The notes under the pieces were generated by a model. That model had not been told where the DNA came from. It was given only the letters and a program-made list of their open reading frames with translations, and did not search any database. A stretch of 64,000 nt of DNA, taken from an uncultured delta proteobacterium. Lineage in GTDB: Bacteria; Desulfobacterota; Desulfomonilia; UBA1062. How positions within the stretch are numbered: the stretch's first letter is position 1; each line of letters starts with the position of its first letter. Where the stretch lies: positions 224,001-288,000 of the forward strand of contig CAWCTR010000014.1 in assembly GCA_963798485.1 (NCBI GenBank), in the 5' to 3' direction. Position numbers and translations under genes: made by a program. Of the stretch, positions 10,698 to 21,054 are shown piece after piece.

Positions 10698-11428
10698 ACG
10701 CCCTCCCCCTTTTCATTCGAGGTCAGTATATACGCACGGATGGCCTGTTCGGCATAAATGAGCACATCAAGCATGACCTGCTTCGACCGCTCGGGGTCGG
10801 CGTTCTTGATAGACTCATAGATCTCCCTATGGAAGCGTTCCGACCGAACAGCATTGTCCGGGTTATCGAAATAGAGATGCCCGAAATCCACAAAGAAGCT
10901 GTTGAAAAAATTCAGTAGTATAAGATACAGGATATTGCCGCTGGCCAGTGCAATGGTGTGGTGGACCAACATGTCCCTGTGCATTACCGTGGACTTCCGG
11001 CTGTGAAACACAACCTCTTCCAGTGTCTTTATGTGGTCTTCAGACCTCTTCAGCGCCGCAATGGATGCCATCTCAGGGACGAGGATGCGCCTGACTTCAA
11101 GCAGGGTCATGAGGATGTCCTTGTCAAGGGTGTCATCGAGGTAAAACAGGGCATTGATGAGTTCGAGATTCGGGCTCTTCAGATAATTTTTCACATATAC
11201 CCCGTCACCGTGTCTGATCTCGATGACATCGAGCGACTCCAGCTTCTTGAGTGCCTCGCGCACGGTAGAACGGTTGACCTCCAAGGTCAGCGCCAGGTTT
11301 CTCTCGGTGGGAAGCTTTCCCCCCACCTTCATCTCTCCCTTGATAATCTTCTTCAGGAGCAGTGCTGCGATCTTTTCATAGAGCCTGCTCCTGCTAAGCA
11401 GCCTCAATCGTGATGCCGGCATGTTCAT
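10694..11428 (-). CDS. GntR/FadR-family transcriptional regulator
   Basis: wHTH LPTERNLA...VNRSTVREAL plus FCD-like C-terminal domain. Confidence 0.9.
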   Translation of the reverse strand: MNMPASRLRLLSRSRLYEKIAALLLKKIIKGEMKVGGKLPTERNLALTLEVNRSTVREALKKLESLDVIEIRHGDGVYVKNYLKSPNLELINALFYLDDTLDKDILMTLLEVRRILVPEMASIAALKRSEDHIKTLEEVVFHSRKSTVMHRDMLVHHTIALASGNILYLILLNFFNSFFVDFGHLYFDNPDNAVRSERFHREIYESIKNADPERSKQVMLDVLIYAEQAIRAYILTSNEKGEGV

Positions 11429-11442
11429 GGCTGTTCTCCTGG

Positions 11443-11469
11443 TTATTGGTCGGGTGGTCCGACCAATAA
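11443..11469. promoter_or_regulatory. FadR-type operator upstream of the regulator
   Basis: Perfect 11-bp inverted repeat TTATTGGTCGG-N5-CCGACCAATAA overlapping the FadR core TGGTCCGACCA; TTGACA on - strand at 11491-11496. Confidence 0.75.
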
Positions 11470-11619
11470 AGTGCTATATTATATCTTTCCTGTCAAGAGA
11501 TATTTTACGTAAGAAGGCAATTCGGGGAAGCTTATTACTTCTCCCACCCGCAGTGGTTCAAGGATGGCCACCCATGATGCTGCGTTGGAATCCGGTCATT
11601 TGCCTATAATTAACCGCGA

Positions 11620-12057
11620 TTATTCCAGAGTATAATCTATACTGTAGACATCGGATTTAGCGCCACTCGCATCCACAGCCTGAAGATCCATCCTGTACTT
11701 CCCTGGGGTTCCTGATAATGTAATCGGGCCAAGATCAGAATAACTCGGAGTGTCATTTCCTTGACCTTGTGCAGGTAAGGTGATCTCAAATGGGCCTCCA
11801 CCTTCAACAGGTGTCTCTGAACTAGCTGGAAATTCAGTTACCAAAAGAGTTGTCATACTTCCTTCATCTTTGGCACTCATTGTGAAAGTTACCTGATCGC
11901 CAGCTGTATATGCAGTAGCAAGAACATCACTATTGCCCATTGAAGCTTCAGTGATAGTAGGGATAAACCCTACACCCGGATGCCCCTTTCCTCCACTACA
12001 GCCATAAGCCATAAAGATAACACATAGTCCCACTATTGAGAGCTTAATATTTCTCAT
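11620..12057 (-). CDS. Hypothetical lipoprotein
   Basis: Lipobox MAYGC, beta-rich body, lower GC than neighbours. Confidence 0.65.
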   Translation of the reverse strand: MRNIKLSIVGLCVIFMAYGCSGGKGHPGVGFIPTITEASMGNSDVLATAYTAGDQVTFTMSAKDEGSMTTLLVTEFPASSETPVEGGGPFEITLPAQGQGNDTPSYSDLGPITLSGTPGKYRMDLQAVDASGAKSDVYSIDYTLE

Positions 12058-12247
12058 AACACCTCACTTAGTTATAGAAATAATTCTGATTAAATTTCAA
12101 TTTTAACAGTTATTCATTATTATATATAATTATGTCATCGTTATTTATCATATCATTTTTGTGAGTCAAGCGCATTAGCTATTAGTTGTCGAAGAATTCA
12201 AAAATGCCTCTGGAGAACGCCATAGGAAAAATCCTATCTATACTTGC

Positions 12248-12790
12248 TTACCCGTTCAGTTCCTCGATCCCTTCCTTGATGTTGTCTCTGATCAGGTTCA
12301 GGACCTCCATGTTGTTCAAGGGTACGTCGCCGAGGCCTTCCCGGAGTTCCCGGGTATCAAGGGTATAGGCATTCCCGTTCTTCTTGTGAGTGTATACGAT
12401 ATCAACATCGGGGTTCCCGAGGATAAGCATGGTAATGACGCCTGCAATGTCGCCCAGGGGTTGCCTGTCGATATGGGAGTGCTTGAATTCGGCATAAACA
12501 ACTGTTCCCTTGCCGATCTCCGAGGTGAGGGCAAACCTGCCTTGGGCCGTATATGTAGCCTGTTTGAGCATGGGCAGTCCAAGCCCGATGCGCCTGACCT
12601 TCTTGGTGGTGTAAAACGGGTCCAGGGCCTTCTCAATGGTCTGCTCATTCATGCCGTGGCCGTTGTCCTTGATCTCCAGGGAGAACATGTCCCTAGTAAG
12701 GTCTTCCTCGATGGTTATCTCGATAAGGCTCGCCTCGGCCCTCGATGAGTTCTCTGCTATGTCGAGTACGTGCAGTGCCAGTTCAAGCAT
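12248..12790 (-). CDS. HATPase_c histidine-kinase-like ATP-binding protein (hydrogenase-cluster type)
   Basis: DIAENS, DNGHGM, DPFYTTK, GLGLP, HIDRQPLGD. Confidence 0.85.
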   Translation of the reverse strand: MLELALHVLDIAENSSRAEASLIEITIEEDLTRDMFSLEIKDNGHGMNEQTIEKALDPFYTTKKVRRIGLGLPMLKQATYTAQGRFALTSEIGKGTVVYAEFKHSHIDRQPLGDIAGVITMLILGNPDVDIVYTHKKNGNAYTLDTRELREGLGDVPLNNMEVLNLIRDNIKEGIEELNG

Positions 12791-12793
12791 GAT

Positions 12794-13531
12794 CTACTCC
12801 AGGACATACCGGCCCATCTGCCTTGAGATCGCCAGAGCGATTTCCGGCAAGGCAGGGCTTTCCAGAAACATGCGCGTGCATGCCTTGCCGATATCCGCTA
12901 CGTAATGGGCATCCGATGAGGTTATGAGCTGATACCCCTTCAGCTCCGGGTATCGCTGCCGCGCCTCACGAATCCCCAGATTTGCAGATACCTCCAGTGC
13001 GTCAAAGGGGACATCCGGCGGGACAAACCCGAGCTGGCCGATTATGCCGAATGCTTGCCTGTCGATATGCGATGCTATTGCCAGCCCGTTAAGTGAGTGT
13101 ATCAGGTCAACCGCCTCGTTCAACGAGATGTCCGCGGCACCGATAAGAAGGCGTTCGTTGAAGCCTTCCACCTCGCCTGCCTCATTGACAATGGCCTGGA
13201 TGCCGAAGGCGTCTTCGTCGTTCTTGCCGGAAAGTTTTGCATACACGGCTTCCTGCAAAGAATAGAGCTCATGCAGGTGCTTGAACAGGGCGACAATGTG
13301 GACCTCCTCGCGGGTGGCCAGTTCCATGCCCGGGATGACCACCAGGTCGGTACCGAGCGCTGCCTTGAGAACGTACTGTACGTTTTCCGATGAGTTATGG
13401 TCGCAGATGGCGATCATATCAAGCCCCTGGGCAATGCATTCGTTCACGACAGATGCAGGATGCATATCGAGCTCGGCGCAGGGTGAAAGGCAGGTGTGCA
13501 TGTGAAGGCTGCAGCGGTATACCCTACCCAT
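12794..13531 (-). CDS. PHP-domain phosphoesterase
   Basis: LHMHTCLSPC, ICDHN, SHIDR, SSDAH. Confidence 0.9.
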   Translation of the reverse strand: MGRVYRCSLHMHTCLSPCAELDMHPASVVNECIAQGLDMIAICDHNSSENVQYVLKAALGTDLVVIPGMELATREEVHIVALFKHLHELYSLQEAVYAKLSGKNDEDAFGIQAIVNEAGEVEGFNERLLIGAADISLNEAVDLIHSLNGLAIASHIDRQAFGIIGQLGFVPPDVPFDALEVSANLGIREARQRYPELKGYQLITSSDAHYVADIGKACTRMFLESPALPEIALAISRQMGRYVLE

Positions 13532-13561
13532 GGCTTCAGGCCTGTTTCAGGTTGCAGACCT

Positions 13562-13909
13562 TCACGCCTGTTCCTGGTGCAGGATCTGGTAAAGTCTGCC
13601 CACTACCTCGAATTCGTTCATGTCGGCCACAAGGATGGGGATGCCCTCCTTGGCGGCCTTATCGAGGGTCTCGTTGCCGGGCGTAGCCCCCTGTACGACA
13701 ATGATGGCCGCGTGTTCCTTCAGGGAAGCTACGGCCACGATATTCTGGTGCACCTGCCTTGTCACCCAAACATTCCCGGCAGTACTGTTGGCCATGACAT
13801 CGCTCAACAGGTCACCTGCATAACCCCCGGAGATCTCCCGTGAAAGGTTCTCCCAACAGCATTTGCACTTCAAAGAAAGCCTTTCAGAAATGTTTTCCAG
13901 CGTAATCAT
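13562..13909 (-). CDS. DRTGG-domain protein
   Basis: GGYAGDLLSDVMA, VWVT.Q.H.N; start taken at MITLE. Confidence 0.85.
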   Translation of the reverse strand: MITLENISERLSLKCKCCWENLSREISGGYAGDLLSDVMANSTAGNVWVTRQVHQNIVAVASLKEHAAIIVVQGATPGNETLDKAAKEGIPILVADMNEFEVVGRLYQILHQEQA

Positions 13910-13910
13910 C

Positions 13911-14369
13911 TTAAGATTCCTCTCTCTGTACTCTTCCATTTATCATGATAACGCACTTCACACTGGTGCCTTTGCCGGGTTCAGAGGTGAGCTCGAAAAC
14001 ATCGGATGACCTCTTGATGTTCGCAAGCCCCATGCCCGCCCCGAAACCCATCTCGCGGATGGCATCATCAGCTGTTGAGTAGCCTTCCTGCATGGCCAGT
14101 TCGATATCAACAATCCCCGGGCCGACATCAATGGCCTCGATGATGATGGACTCCGGCAGGACATAATAGCTGATAGTGCCTTGCGTCGCATATGAGATAA
14201 TGTTCACTTCAGCCTCGAAGGTGAGTACAGCCACCCTTCTGATGACGTCCTCGTCAACTCCCATTGCTTTTAAACTTTTCTTGATCTGGCTCGACACCAG
14301 CCCGGCATCGACAAAGTCTCTGCCCTGGATCTCGTATCTGCCCTCAAGGTAGTTTTCGTTATCTTTCAT
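13911..14369 (-). CDS. Anti-sigma-factor-like Ser/Thr kinase (RsbT/RsbW fold)
   Basis: EAEVN, D.GPGI, AMQEGYST, GFGAGMGL. Confidence 0.85.
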   Translation of the reverse strand: MKDNENYLEGRYEIQGRDFVDAGLVSSQIKKSLKAMGVDEDVIRRVAVLTFEAEVNIISYATQGTISYYVLPESIIIEAIDVGPGIVDIELAMQEGYSTADDAIREMGFGAGMGLANIKRSSDVFELTSEPGKGTSVKCVIMINGRVQREES

Positions 14370-14757
14370 GTGCACTTATGTTGTCCTGGTCGAATATCTC
14401 TCTCACACACCCTGTCAGGCCTTCACGGTATAATCTGCCGCAGGCCTCAAACATAATGAACGGGGTCCACAGTACGGGGATGCCAAGCTCGCTCGCGATC
14501 TCCACAAACTTGTCATTCAACGCTTTGCCCCTGCATATCACGATGGCCGCTATATCAAGGGCATAGGCGGTCCTGATGGCCTGCACATTCGACAGCCCGG
14601 TAATAAGCAGACAACCGGAACGGGCAAAGGCCAGCACGTCACTCATAAGGTCTGCCCCGAAGGCTGTGCGGACAACAGTTTCGAGCTTTTCGTCACCTAC
14701 AACTATCTTCGCTTCAAGCAAATCCCTTACCTCGGCTAGCGTCACAGTGTTCTCCAT
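14359..14757 (-). CDS. DRTGG-domain protein
   Basis: GADLMSDVLAF, LLITGL, MFEACGRLY. Confidence 0.85.
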   Translation of the reverse strand: MENTVTLAEVRDLLEAKIVVGDEKLETVVRTAFGADLMSDVLAFARSGCLLITGLSNVQAIRTAYALDIAAIVICRGKALNDKFVEIASELGIPVLWTPFIMFEACGRLYREGLTGCVREIFDQDNISAHER

Positions 14758-14805
14758 CGCCTCCTAAAAATTGTTATAGAATTAATCTCAATTGCCGCTG
14801 TCTGT

Positions 14806-15453
14806 TTACGCAACCAGATAGTTATTCAGATCCAGTCCGGCAAGCTGGGGCAGTGCCTTTATCTTCTTGGTTTCAGTGATGCCGTTTACACTGGTGATAA
14901 TGAGGCGACCATTACCCTTGCCCAAGGCATTCATAAAATCATAGATGGCGCCCACAACCGTAAGCCTTCCCTCATCTATGAGTGCTTTGTAGCGTTTCAT
15001 GGCCGAAGATACCTGGTGATCTACATTCTTCTTGATGTTCTTCAAAAGCTCTTCATCAAAGATCTCACATCCGGAGTTACCAAGGCACGCCTTCAAGTTG
15101 TCGAGCTCATATTTTATGGCATCATTCTCTTTTTCGTATCCCTTCATAAAGGCCCTGATAGCCCCGCAATCGGTATGTCCCATGATGAGCAGGACCGGCG
15201 TGTGGAGGTGCAGAACCCCGTAATCTACGGAGCCCTGGGCCGATGCCATCTGGTTGCCGATGGTTTCGATGGTGAAGATCTTGTCAATAGGATCGGGTTC
15301 TATGGCTCTATGCTGCACCCTTGAATCGCAGCAGGCGACCAGCGTGACCTTAGGGTGGTGGGCTGCCATGTGCGGCCTGAAGTATGCCTCGCTGTGGGAA
15401 GCGACGAACGAATCGTTATTCTCAATGATGCCCCTGATAATCTCGCCGACCAC
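14806..15453 (-). CDS. Beta-class carbonic anhydrase
   Basis: Zn ligands CCDSR and GHTDCGA. Confidence 0.9.
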   Translation of the reverse strand: MVGEIIRGIIENNDSFVASHSEAYFRPHMAAHHPKVTLVACCDSRVQHRAIEPDPIDKIFTIETIGNQMASAQGSVDYGVLHLHTPVLLIMGHTDCGAIRAFMKGYEKENDAIKYELDNLKACLGNSGCEIFDEELLKNIKKNVDHQVSSAMKRYKALIDEGRLTVVGAIYDFMNALGKGNGRLIITSVNGITETKKIKALPQLAGLDLNNYLVA

Positions 15454-15568
15454 TTCTACCCCCTTGATAGTGCGCTATATCCCTACGTTTATGGAGGAAA
15501 TCGTTCCTGTTGTAAAGTGGTTTCTCTCCTGGCCCTGCCTGCTTCCACTTGACAATAAACTTCCCGTT

Positions 15569-16537
15569 TCAATTGGGGGCATGTCTTTTCAAGAACGCCA
15601 TCTTCTTTTCATTTATCTCTGCTGCAACATCTGACAGGGCCAGGATATGAAATCCTCCTTCCACGATATGGATCTCGGCATTGGGTATCGATCCGGCTGC
15701 ATTTTGTGCATGATTAAGGGGTACGTCAAGATCATCGGTCCCATGGATTACCAATGCAGGGACGGCTACGTGTTCAAAGGGAAGGTTTTCTACCTTTATA
15801 AGCTGCCTCATATCGTTGTTCAGGCCCTTTGTCCGTAGTCTTGGAGGACTCATGCTCCTGATCAGGTCCATAAGTATCTTAAGGCGCTGCTCGTCTTTCA
15901 TGATTGCCCTCATGAGATTCATCACCTCCTCCTCACCTAGAGAGCTTTCCATCTCGGCCGTGGCCCAACCCACAAGCATTGGGGCATGATGCGCAATGAC
16001 ATCCGCCAGCCAGAGGGAAGGCCCGTTGAACATGAGGTGCCCGAAAAAGATGTTTTCACCAATGTTGTTATGATTTATCTCATATCTTTGGCTGACAGCG
16101 GATTCGAGGATTAATGCCCAGACCCGTTCAGGATAACGTGCGGCAAAATGGAGTGCAGAGGGGCCGCCTGCTGAATATGCAATGATTGCAGATCGATCTA
16201 TACCAAGTGCATCGAGAAGGGAGACAAAGGCATCGGCCTGCTCCTCAAATGTCCTTCCACTGTTCAAGGGGGTGCGGATATAACCCGGACGTGACCAGCT
16301 CAGTATGCGGTACCCCTTCCCGAACAGGTCGCTGAAAAGTGCCTCGGTCTGGTCATACCCGCCCGGCGCACCATGCATAACGGCAACAAAGGGGCCGCTT
16401 TCCCCATGGATGGTATATTCTATAAGTCCTTTATCGGTTTCAATCACCGTGCTGCCGGCTTTGAGCTCGGCAACGAGGTCTCTCTTCCAGCGGATATACG
16501 GACCATATTTTTCCCTTGCCCTTCTCAAGATGTTCAT
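15569..16537 (-). CDS. Alpha/beta hydrolase (Ser nucleophile), paralog 1
   Basis: HGAPGG, AYSAGG, HGTDD, GFH. Confidence 0.85.
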   Translation of the reverse strand: MNILRRAREKYGPYIRWKRDLVAELKAGSTVIETDKGLIEYTIHGESGPFVAVMHGAPGGYDQTEALFSDLFGKGYRILSWSRPGYIRTPLNSGRTFEEQADAFVSLLDALGIDRSAIIAYSAGGPSALHFAARYPERVWALILESAVSQRYEINHNNIGENIFFGHLMFNGPSLWLADVIAHHAPMLVGWATAEMESSLGEEEVMNLMRAIMKDEQRLKILMDLIRSMSPPRLRTKGLNNDMRQLIKVENLPFEHVAVPALVIHGTDDLDVPLNHAQNAAGSIPNAEIHIVEGGFHILALSDVAAEINEKKMAFLKRHAPN

Positions 16538-16666
16538 GCCCCGATTATACCACTTTCAAGCAGGAAAAGAGAAATATCATTATCATATAACCTTTTCAAA
16601 ACATCCATGCAGGCAACCGGGGTATTGACAGACACGTGGAAAGTGCTCTATAGAGCATCCATAATT

Positions 16667-16718
16667 CCGGGGAAGGAGTCCCCCCTGTAACCGCCAGGCA
16701 GGCTGATGACTCCTATCA
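16667..16718 (+). ncRNA. Fluoride riboswitch (crcB motif) #1
   Basis: GGGGAAGGAGTCCCCC...AACCGCC...GGCTGATGACTCCTA: P1 stem, GGAGT/ACTCC pseudoknot, CTGATGAC core; TTGACA at 16625; 22 nt upstream of ATG 16740. Confidence 0.85.
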
Positions 16719-16739
16719 GAGCAATCTGAAGGAGCGTAT

Positions 16740-18404
16740 ATGGAGTTTGTATCTAAAAGCCTACCCATCTCAGACACCAAGGAATTGGTCGGCAGGGTCA
16801 ACAAAGCAGCCTCCCGGTTTCACATCGTTTCCCTGAACCGCCAGATCGAAGTCTGCGAAAGCCTCCTCAAGGAAAACCCGCTTATCGATGTGGCCATACT
16901 CGGCCAGTTCAAGGCGGGCAAGAGCTCGTTCATCAACAGCCTTGTGGACCGGGAAATACTCCCAGTCGGAGTCATCCCGGTCACCACGGTGATCACCCGT
17001 CTTCAATACGGCCCGCAAGAACGCTCGGTGATCACATATATCGATGGTACAAGGTCTGAGATAGGTATCGAAGAGCTGGGGAAGTTCATTTCCGAGGCAC
17101 AGAACCCATCAAATTCCAAGAACGTCGATATCGTGGACATAGAGTTGCCTGCACTCGAAGCTTATCCCGGGCTCCGTCTGGTGGATACCCCGGGGCTGGG
17201 AAGCGTGTTCAAGTATCACAAGGAGGTGTCCGAGAACTGGCTCCCCGAGGTCGGGGCTGCCGTCCTTGCCATCAGTTCCGACCGCCCGCTCTCCGAGCAT
17301 GATCTCAATCTTATCGCAGACCTCTCCCATCATACCCCCATGATCGTCATCCTCCTCACCAAGGCCGACCTTTTGACCCCGGATCAGCAGAATGAGGTGG
17401 TGCAATTCTTCCAGCAGACATTAAAGCGGAAGCTGAACCGTGAGTATCCCATATTCCCCTATTCAACCCGATCCGGGATGGAATTCTTCAAGCACCGGAT
17501 CGAGTCGGAGCTCCTTTCCGGCTTGTCCAAGAACCGGGATCAGGAGTTTAACCGCATACTCAACTACAAAACCCAGTCACTGCTCAAAAGTTGTCTAACC
17601 TATCTCAATATCGCCATGAAGACTTCTGTCGAGGCCGATCAGGACCGGGAGGCGCTCCGCTCTCAGATCCTGAATGAAAAGGTCGGCTATGATCAGATCA
17701 GGGAAGAGATCGGCGTCATTACAAGAGAATGCCAGAGGCAGACCCGGGCCCTCCTGACGAATCATCTTGAAAAATTCAAGGATCCCCTCACGGAGAAGCT
17801 CAAGGCCGAGCTGTCCGGAGAGATGCCTTCCTGGAAAGGAAACCTGTGGAGGCTGACCAGAAGGTATGAAGCATGGGTGACCGAAACCATGGAAGAAGAG
17901 ATACGGCATATCTCCAAGACGGAAAACCATCACTTCTACGGCACCCTGAACAAGGCACATAACAGCCTCACCCGGTACCTTGAAACCTTCAGGATGCTGC
18001 TCAATGACAATATTGACAAGGTGCTGGGAATAAAGCTTGCGGAGGCGGACTGGAAGATCGAGTTGACAGAGCCTGATAATCCCGACATCGGGGTTCTCTA
18101 CACCTTTGATTTCAAATTCGATCTCCTCTGGTTCCTCATCCCCATGTTTATTTTCAGGAGGTTTTTTGAACAACATTATCTGGGAGAGATCCCCTGGGCG
18201 ACGGAGGTGAATATCTCCCGGCTCATTACCCAGTGGGAAACCAGGATCAACAAGGCCATCGACGAAATGCGCAAACAGGCGGAAGGCTATATCAAGGATG
18301 AGATATCCACGATCGATGCCCTATTGTCATCACAGGGACAGGAAAAGACCCATGAGCTTTATGAACTGATTTCAGAACTTCAGGGATTTGTAGTCAATGT
18401 TTGA
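16740..18404 (+). CDS. Bacterial dynamin-family GTPase
   Basis: G1 GQFKAGKS, G2 PVTT, G3 DTPG, G4 TKAD; helical stalk and hydrophobic paddle (FDLLWFLIPMFIF). Confidence 0.85.
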   Translation: MEFVSKSLPISDTKELVGRVNKAASRFHIVSLNRQIEVCESLLKENPLIDVAILGQFKAGKSSFINSLVDREILPVGVIPVTTVITRLQYGPQERSVITYIDGTRSEIGIEELGKFISEAQNPSNSKNVDIVDIELPALEAYPGLRLVDTPGLGSVFKYHKEVSENWLPEVGAAVLAISSDRPLSEHDLNLIADLSHHTPMIVILLTKADLLTPDQQNEVVQFFQQTLKRKLNREYPIFPYSTRSGMEFFKHRIESELLSGLSKNRDQEFNRILNYKTQSLLKSCLTYLNIAMKTSVEADQDREALRSQILNEKVGYDQIREEIGVITRECQRQTRALLTNHLEKFKDPLTEKLKAELSGEMPSWKGNLWRLTRRYEAWVTETMEEEIRHISKTENHHFYGTLNKAHNSLTRYLETFRMLLNDNIDKVLGIKLAEADWKIELTEPDNPDIGVLYTFDFKFDLLWFLIPMFIFRRFFEQHYLGEIPWATEVNISRLITQWETRINKAIDEMRKQAEGYIKDEISTIDALLSSQGQEKTHELYELISELQGFVVNV

Positions 18405-18450
18405 ACACCCTTACCCGGCATAGGCAAAAAACATCAAGACGGAGGATTCC

Positions 18451-19650
18451 ATGGAACTATCTTTTACTATCGCGACCCTGTGGGTCGGCCTAGCGGTCAT
18501 TGCAACCATTATTGCTTATCACATCCGCATCTCAATGGCCCTGGTCGAAATCTGTGTCGGTATGGTGGCAGGGGCGTTATGGGAACACTACTTCGGCAAG
18601 GAACTGCTGGGAGCAAACGTTGATTGGCTGCGCTTTCTCGCTTCCACGGGGGCCATTCTCCTGACCTTTCTGGCAGGCGCAGAACTGGACCCTGAGGTCA
18701 TCGGCTCGAAATGGAAAGAGGTTACCATTGTCGGGCTTATCGGCTTTCTAGCCCCTTTTTTAGGGTGTACCGCGCTTGCCCGCTATGCCCTGGGATGGAC
18801 CCCTTCAGCAAGCCTTCTTGCAGGAGTAGCCCTCTCGACCACGTCCATGGCGGTGGTCTATGCAGTGATGATCGAGACCGGCTTCAACAATACCGAGTTT
18901 GGCAAAGGGATCCTCGGCGCATGCTTTATAAATGACCTCGGAACCGTCATCGCCTTGGGACTCATCTTTGCCCCCTTCTCCTATAAGACCTTCATCTTTA
19001 TCGGGGTAACCGCTGCCGCGATTGCGTTGCTTCCGTTTATATCCAAGCGCATCACACGGAAATACGGACATCGGACAGCCGCCATCAGGGCCAAGTGGAT
19101 ACTGTTCGTTCTGTTCGGTCTCGGAGCGCTGGCGGTGTGGTCCGGCAGCGAAGCGGTATTGCCTGCCTACCTGGTAGGGATAGTGCTGGCCGAATTCGCC
19201 GGTAACGATCACTTATGGGTGAGGAGGATGCGAACCCTCACCATAGGATTTCTGACCCCGTTCTATTTTATCCGGGCAGGCTCCCTGGTTTCGCTTCCTG
19301 CCATCATGACTGCACCGCTGATCTTCATTCTCCTTCTGGCCGGGAAGGTTGTCAGTAAGATATTCGGACTCTATCCCGTGATCGGCTTTTTCAGAAAGGA
19401 AACCAATGAGCGCTGGTATTACACCCTGATGATGTCGACCGGGCTCACCTTCGGCACCATATCGTCACTCTATGGCTTCACCCATGGGATCATCACGCGC
19501 GGGCAGTATTCCTTTCTGGTTGCCGGTGTCATCGCAAGCGCCGTTATCCCCACGATAATCGCCAACCTTGCATTCATCCCCTATTCCCTCCTGCCCGACC
19601 GGCCCGAGCCTACGGTTGAAGAGGTGGAAGATGGCCTTGGGGATGAGTGA
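18451..19650 (+). CDS. Cation:proton antiporter (CPA2-like)
   Basis: Polytopic membrane protein; TFLAGAELD, STTSMAVV, FINDLG, STGLTFG. Confidence 0.85.
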   Translation: MELSFTIATLWVGLAVIATIIAYHIRISMALVEICVGMVAGALWEHYFGKELLGANVDWLRFLASTGAILLTFLAGAELDPEVIGSKWKEVTIVGLIGFLAPFLGCTALARYALGWTPSASLLAGVALSTTSMAVVYAVMIETGFNNTEFGKGILGACFINDLGTVIALGLIFAPFSYKTFIFIGVTAAAIALLPFISKRITRKYGHRTAAIRAKWILFVLFGLGALAVWSGSEAVLPAYLVGIVLAEFAGNDHLWVRRMRTLTIGFLTPFYFIRAGSLVSLPAIMTAPLIFILLLAGKVVSKIFGLYPVIGFFRKETNERWYYTLMMSTGLTFGTISSLYGFTHGIITRGQYSFLVAGVIASAVIPTIIANLAFIPYSLLPDRPEPTVEEVEDGLGDE

Positions 19651-19901
19651 GATGAGTGATAGGAGAGAAAATGGGTTTCAGCTTGTTCCCTACACGTTGT
19701 GGAAACTATCATAGTTAAACAAGCATAATGGGGGCGGCATGGCATGTTCTGGAAAGGTTGGCAACATGTGAAGGGAGGCAAAGCATGACAGAAAAGACGG
19801 CCGTATCTCGTGAGGCTGTGCTCGATGTTCGCAAGCTGGACAATCCCTCCCGTTCGTGATTGACAGCTTTACCCTTAATACAGTACACATTTAACGAAGA
19901 T

Positions 19902-19949
19902 CGGGGATGGAGTCCCCCATAATTGCCGGGCAGGCTGATGACTCCTGTC
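19902..19949 (+). ncRNA. Fluoride riboswitch (crcB motif) #2
   Basis: GGGGATGGAGTCCCCCATAATTGCC...GGCTGATGACTCCTG, close to consensus; TTGACA at 19860. Confidence 0.9.
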
Positions 19950-19971
19950 AGAGAAATCTGAAGGAGAAGGT

Positions 19972-20162
19972 ATGGAGCTTGCCCTCAAATGTCATCCGGC
20001 TTCAGGTATTATACAATTCCCCTCAAGAACACAGTTATCATTCGTTCAATGCGTGCAAAGGCACGCTCAAAGGCGGCTTCGCCGTATGACCAGTAGTTCA
20101 CCATTATTACAGCCGTTGTTCATGTTCCTCAGATTACCAGCTGACTACAAAAAGGAGGCACT

Positions 20163-20166
<4 letters not shown>
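19972..20166 (+). CDS. Short leader or remnant ORF behind riboswitch #2
   Basis: AGGAG SD; MELALKCHP resembles the dynamin start MEFVSKSLP; stop overlaps the HIT start (ATGA). Confidence 0.35.
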
Positions 20167-20979
<813 letters not shown>

Positions 20980-21054
20980 CGAATAGTACCAAAGCCTGAG
21001 GAGTCATTGTCATGCCGACTTAGATGATGGATATCATCAGGTCCGCAGATTATA

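Noticed and set aside
13535-13582. Imperfect ~22-nt tandem duplication at the DRTGG gene end
   Set aside because: Two degenerate copies only; no functional signal
15569-16537. Hydrolase paralogs as fluoroacetate dehalogenases
   Set aside because: The nucleophile elbow is Ser (AYSAG), not the Asp-Arg of dehalogenases
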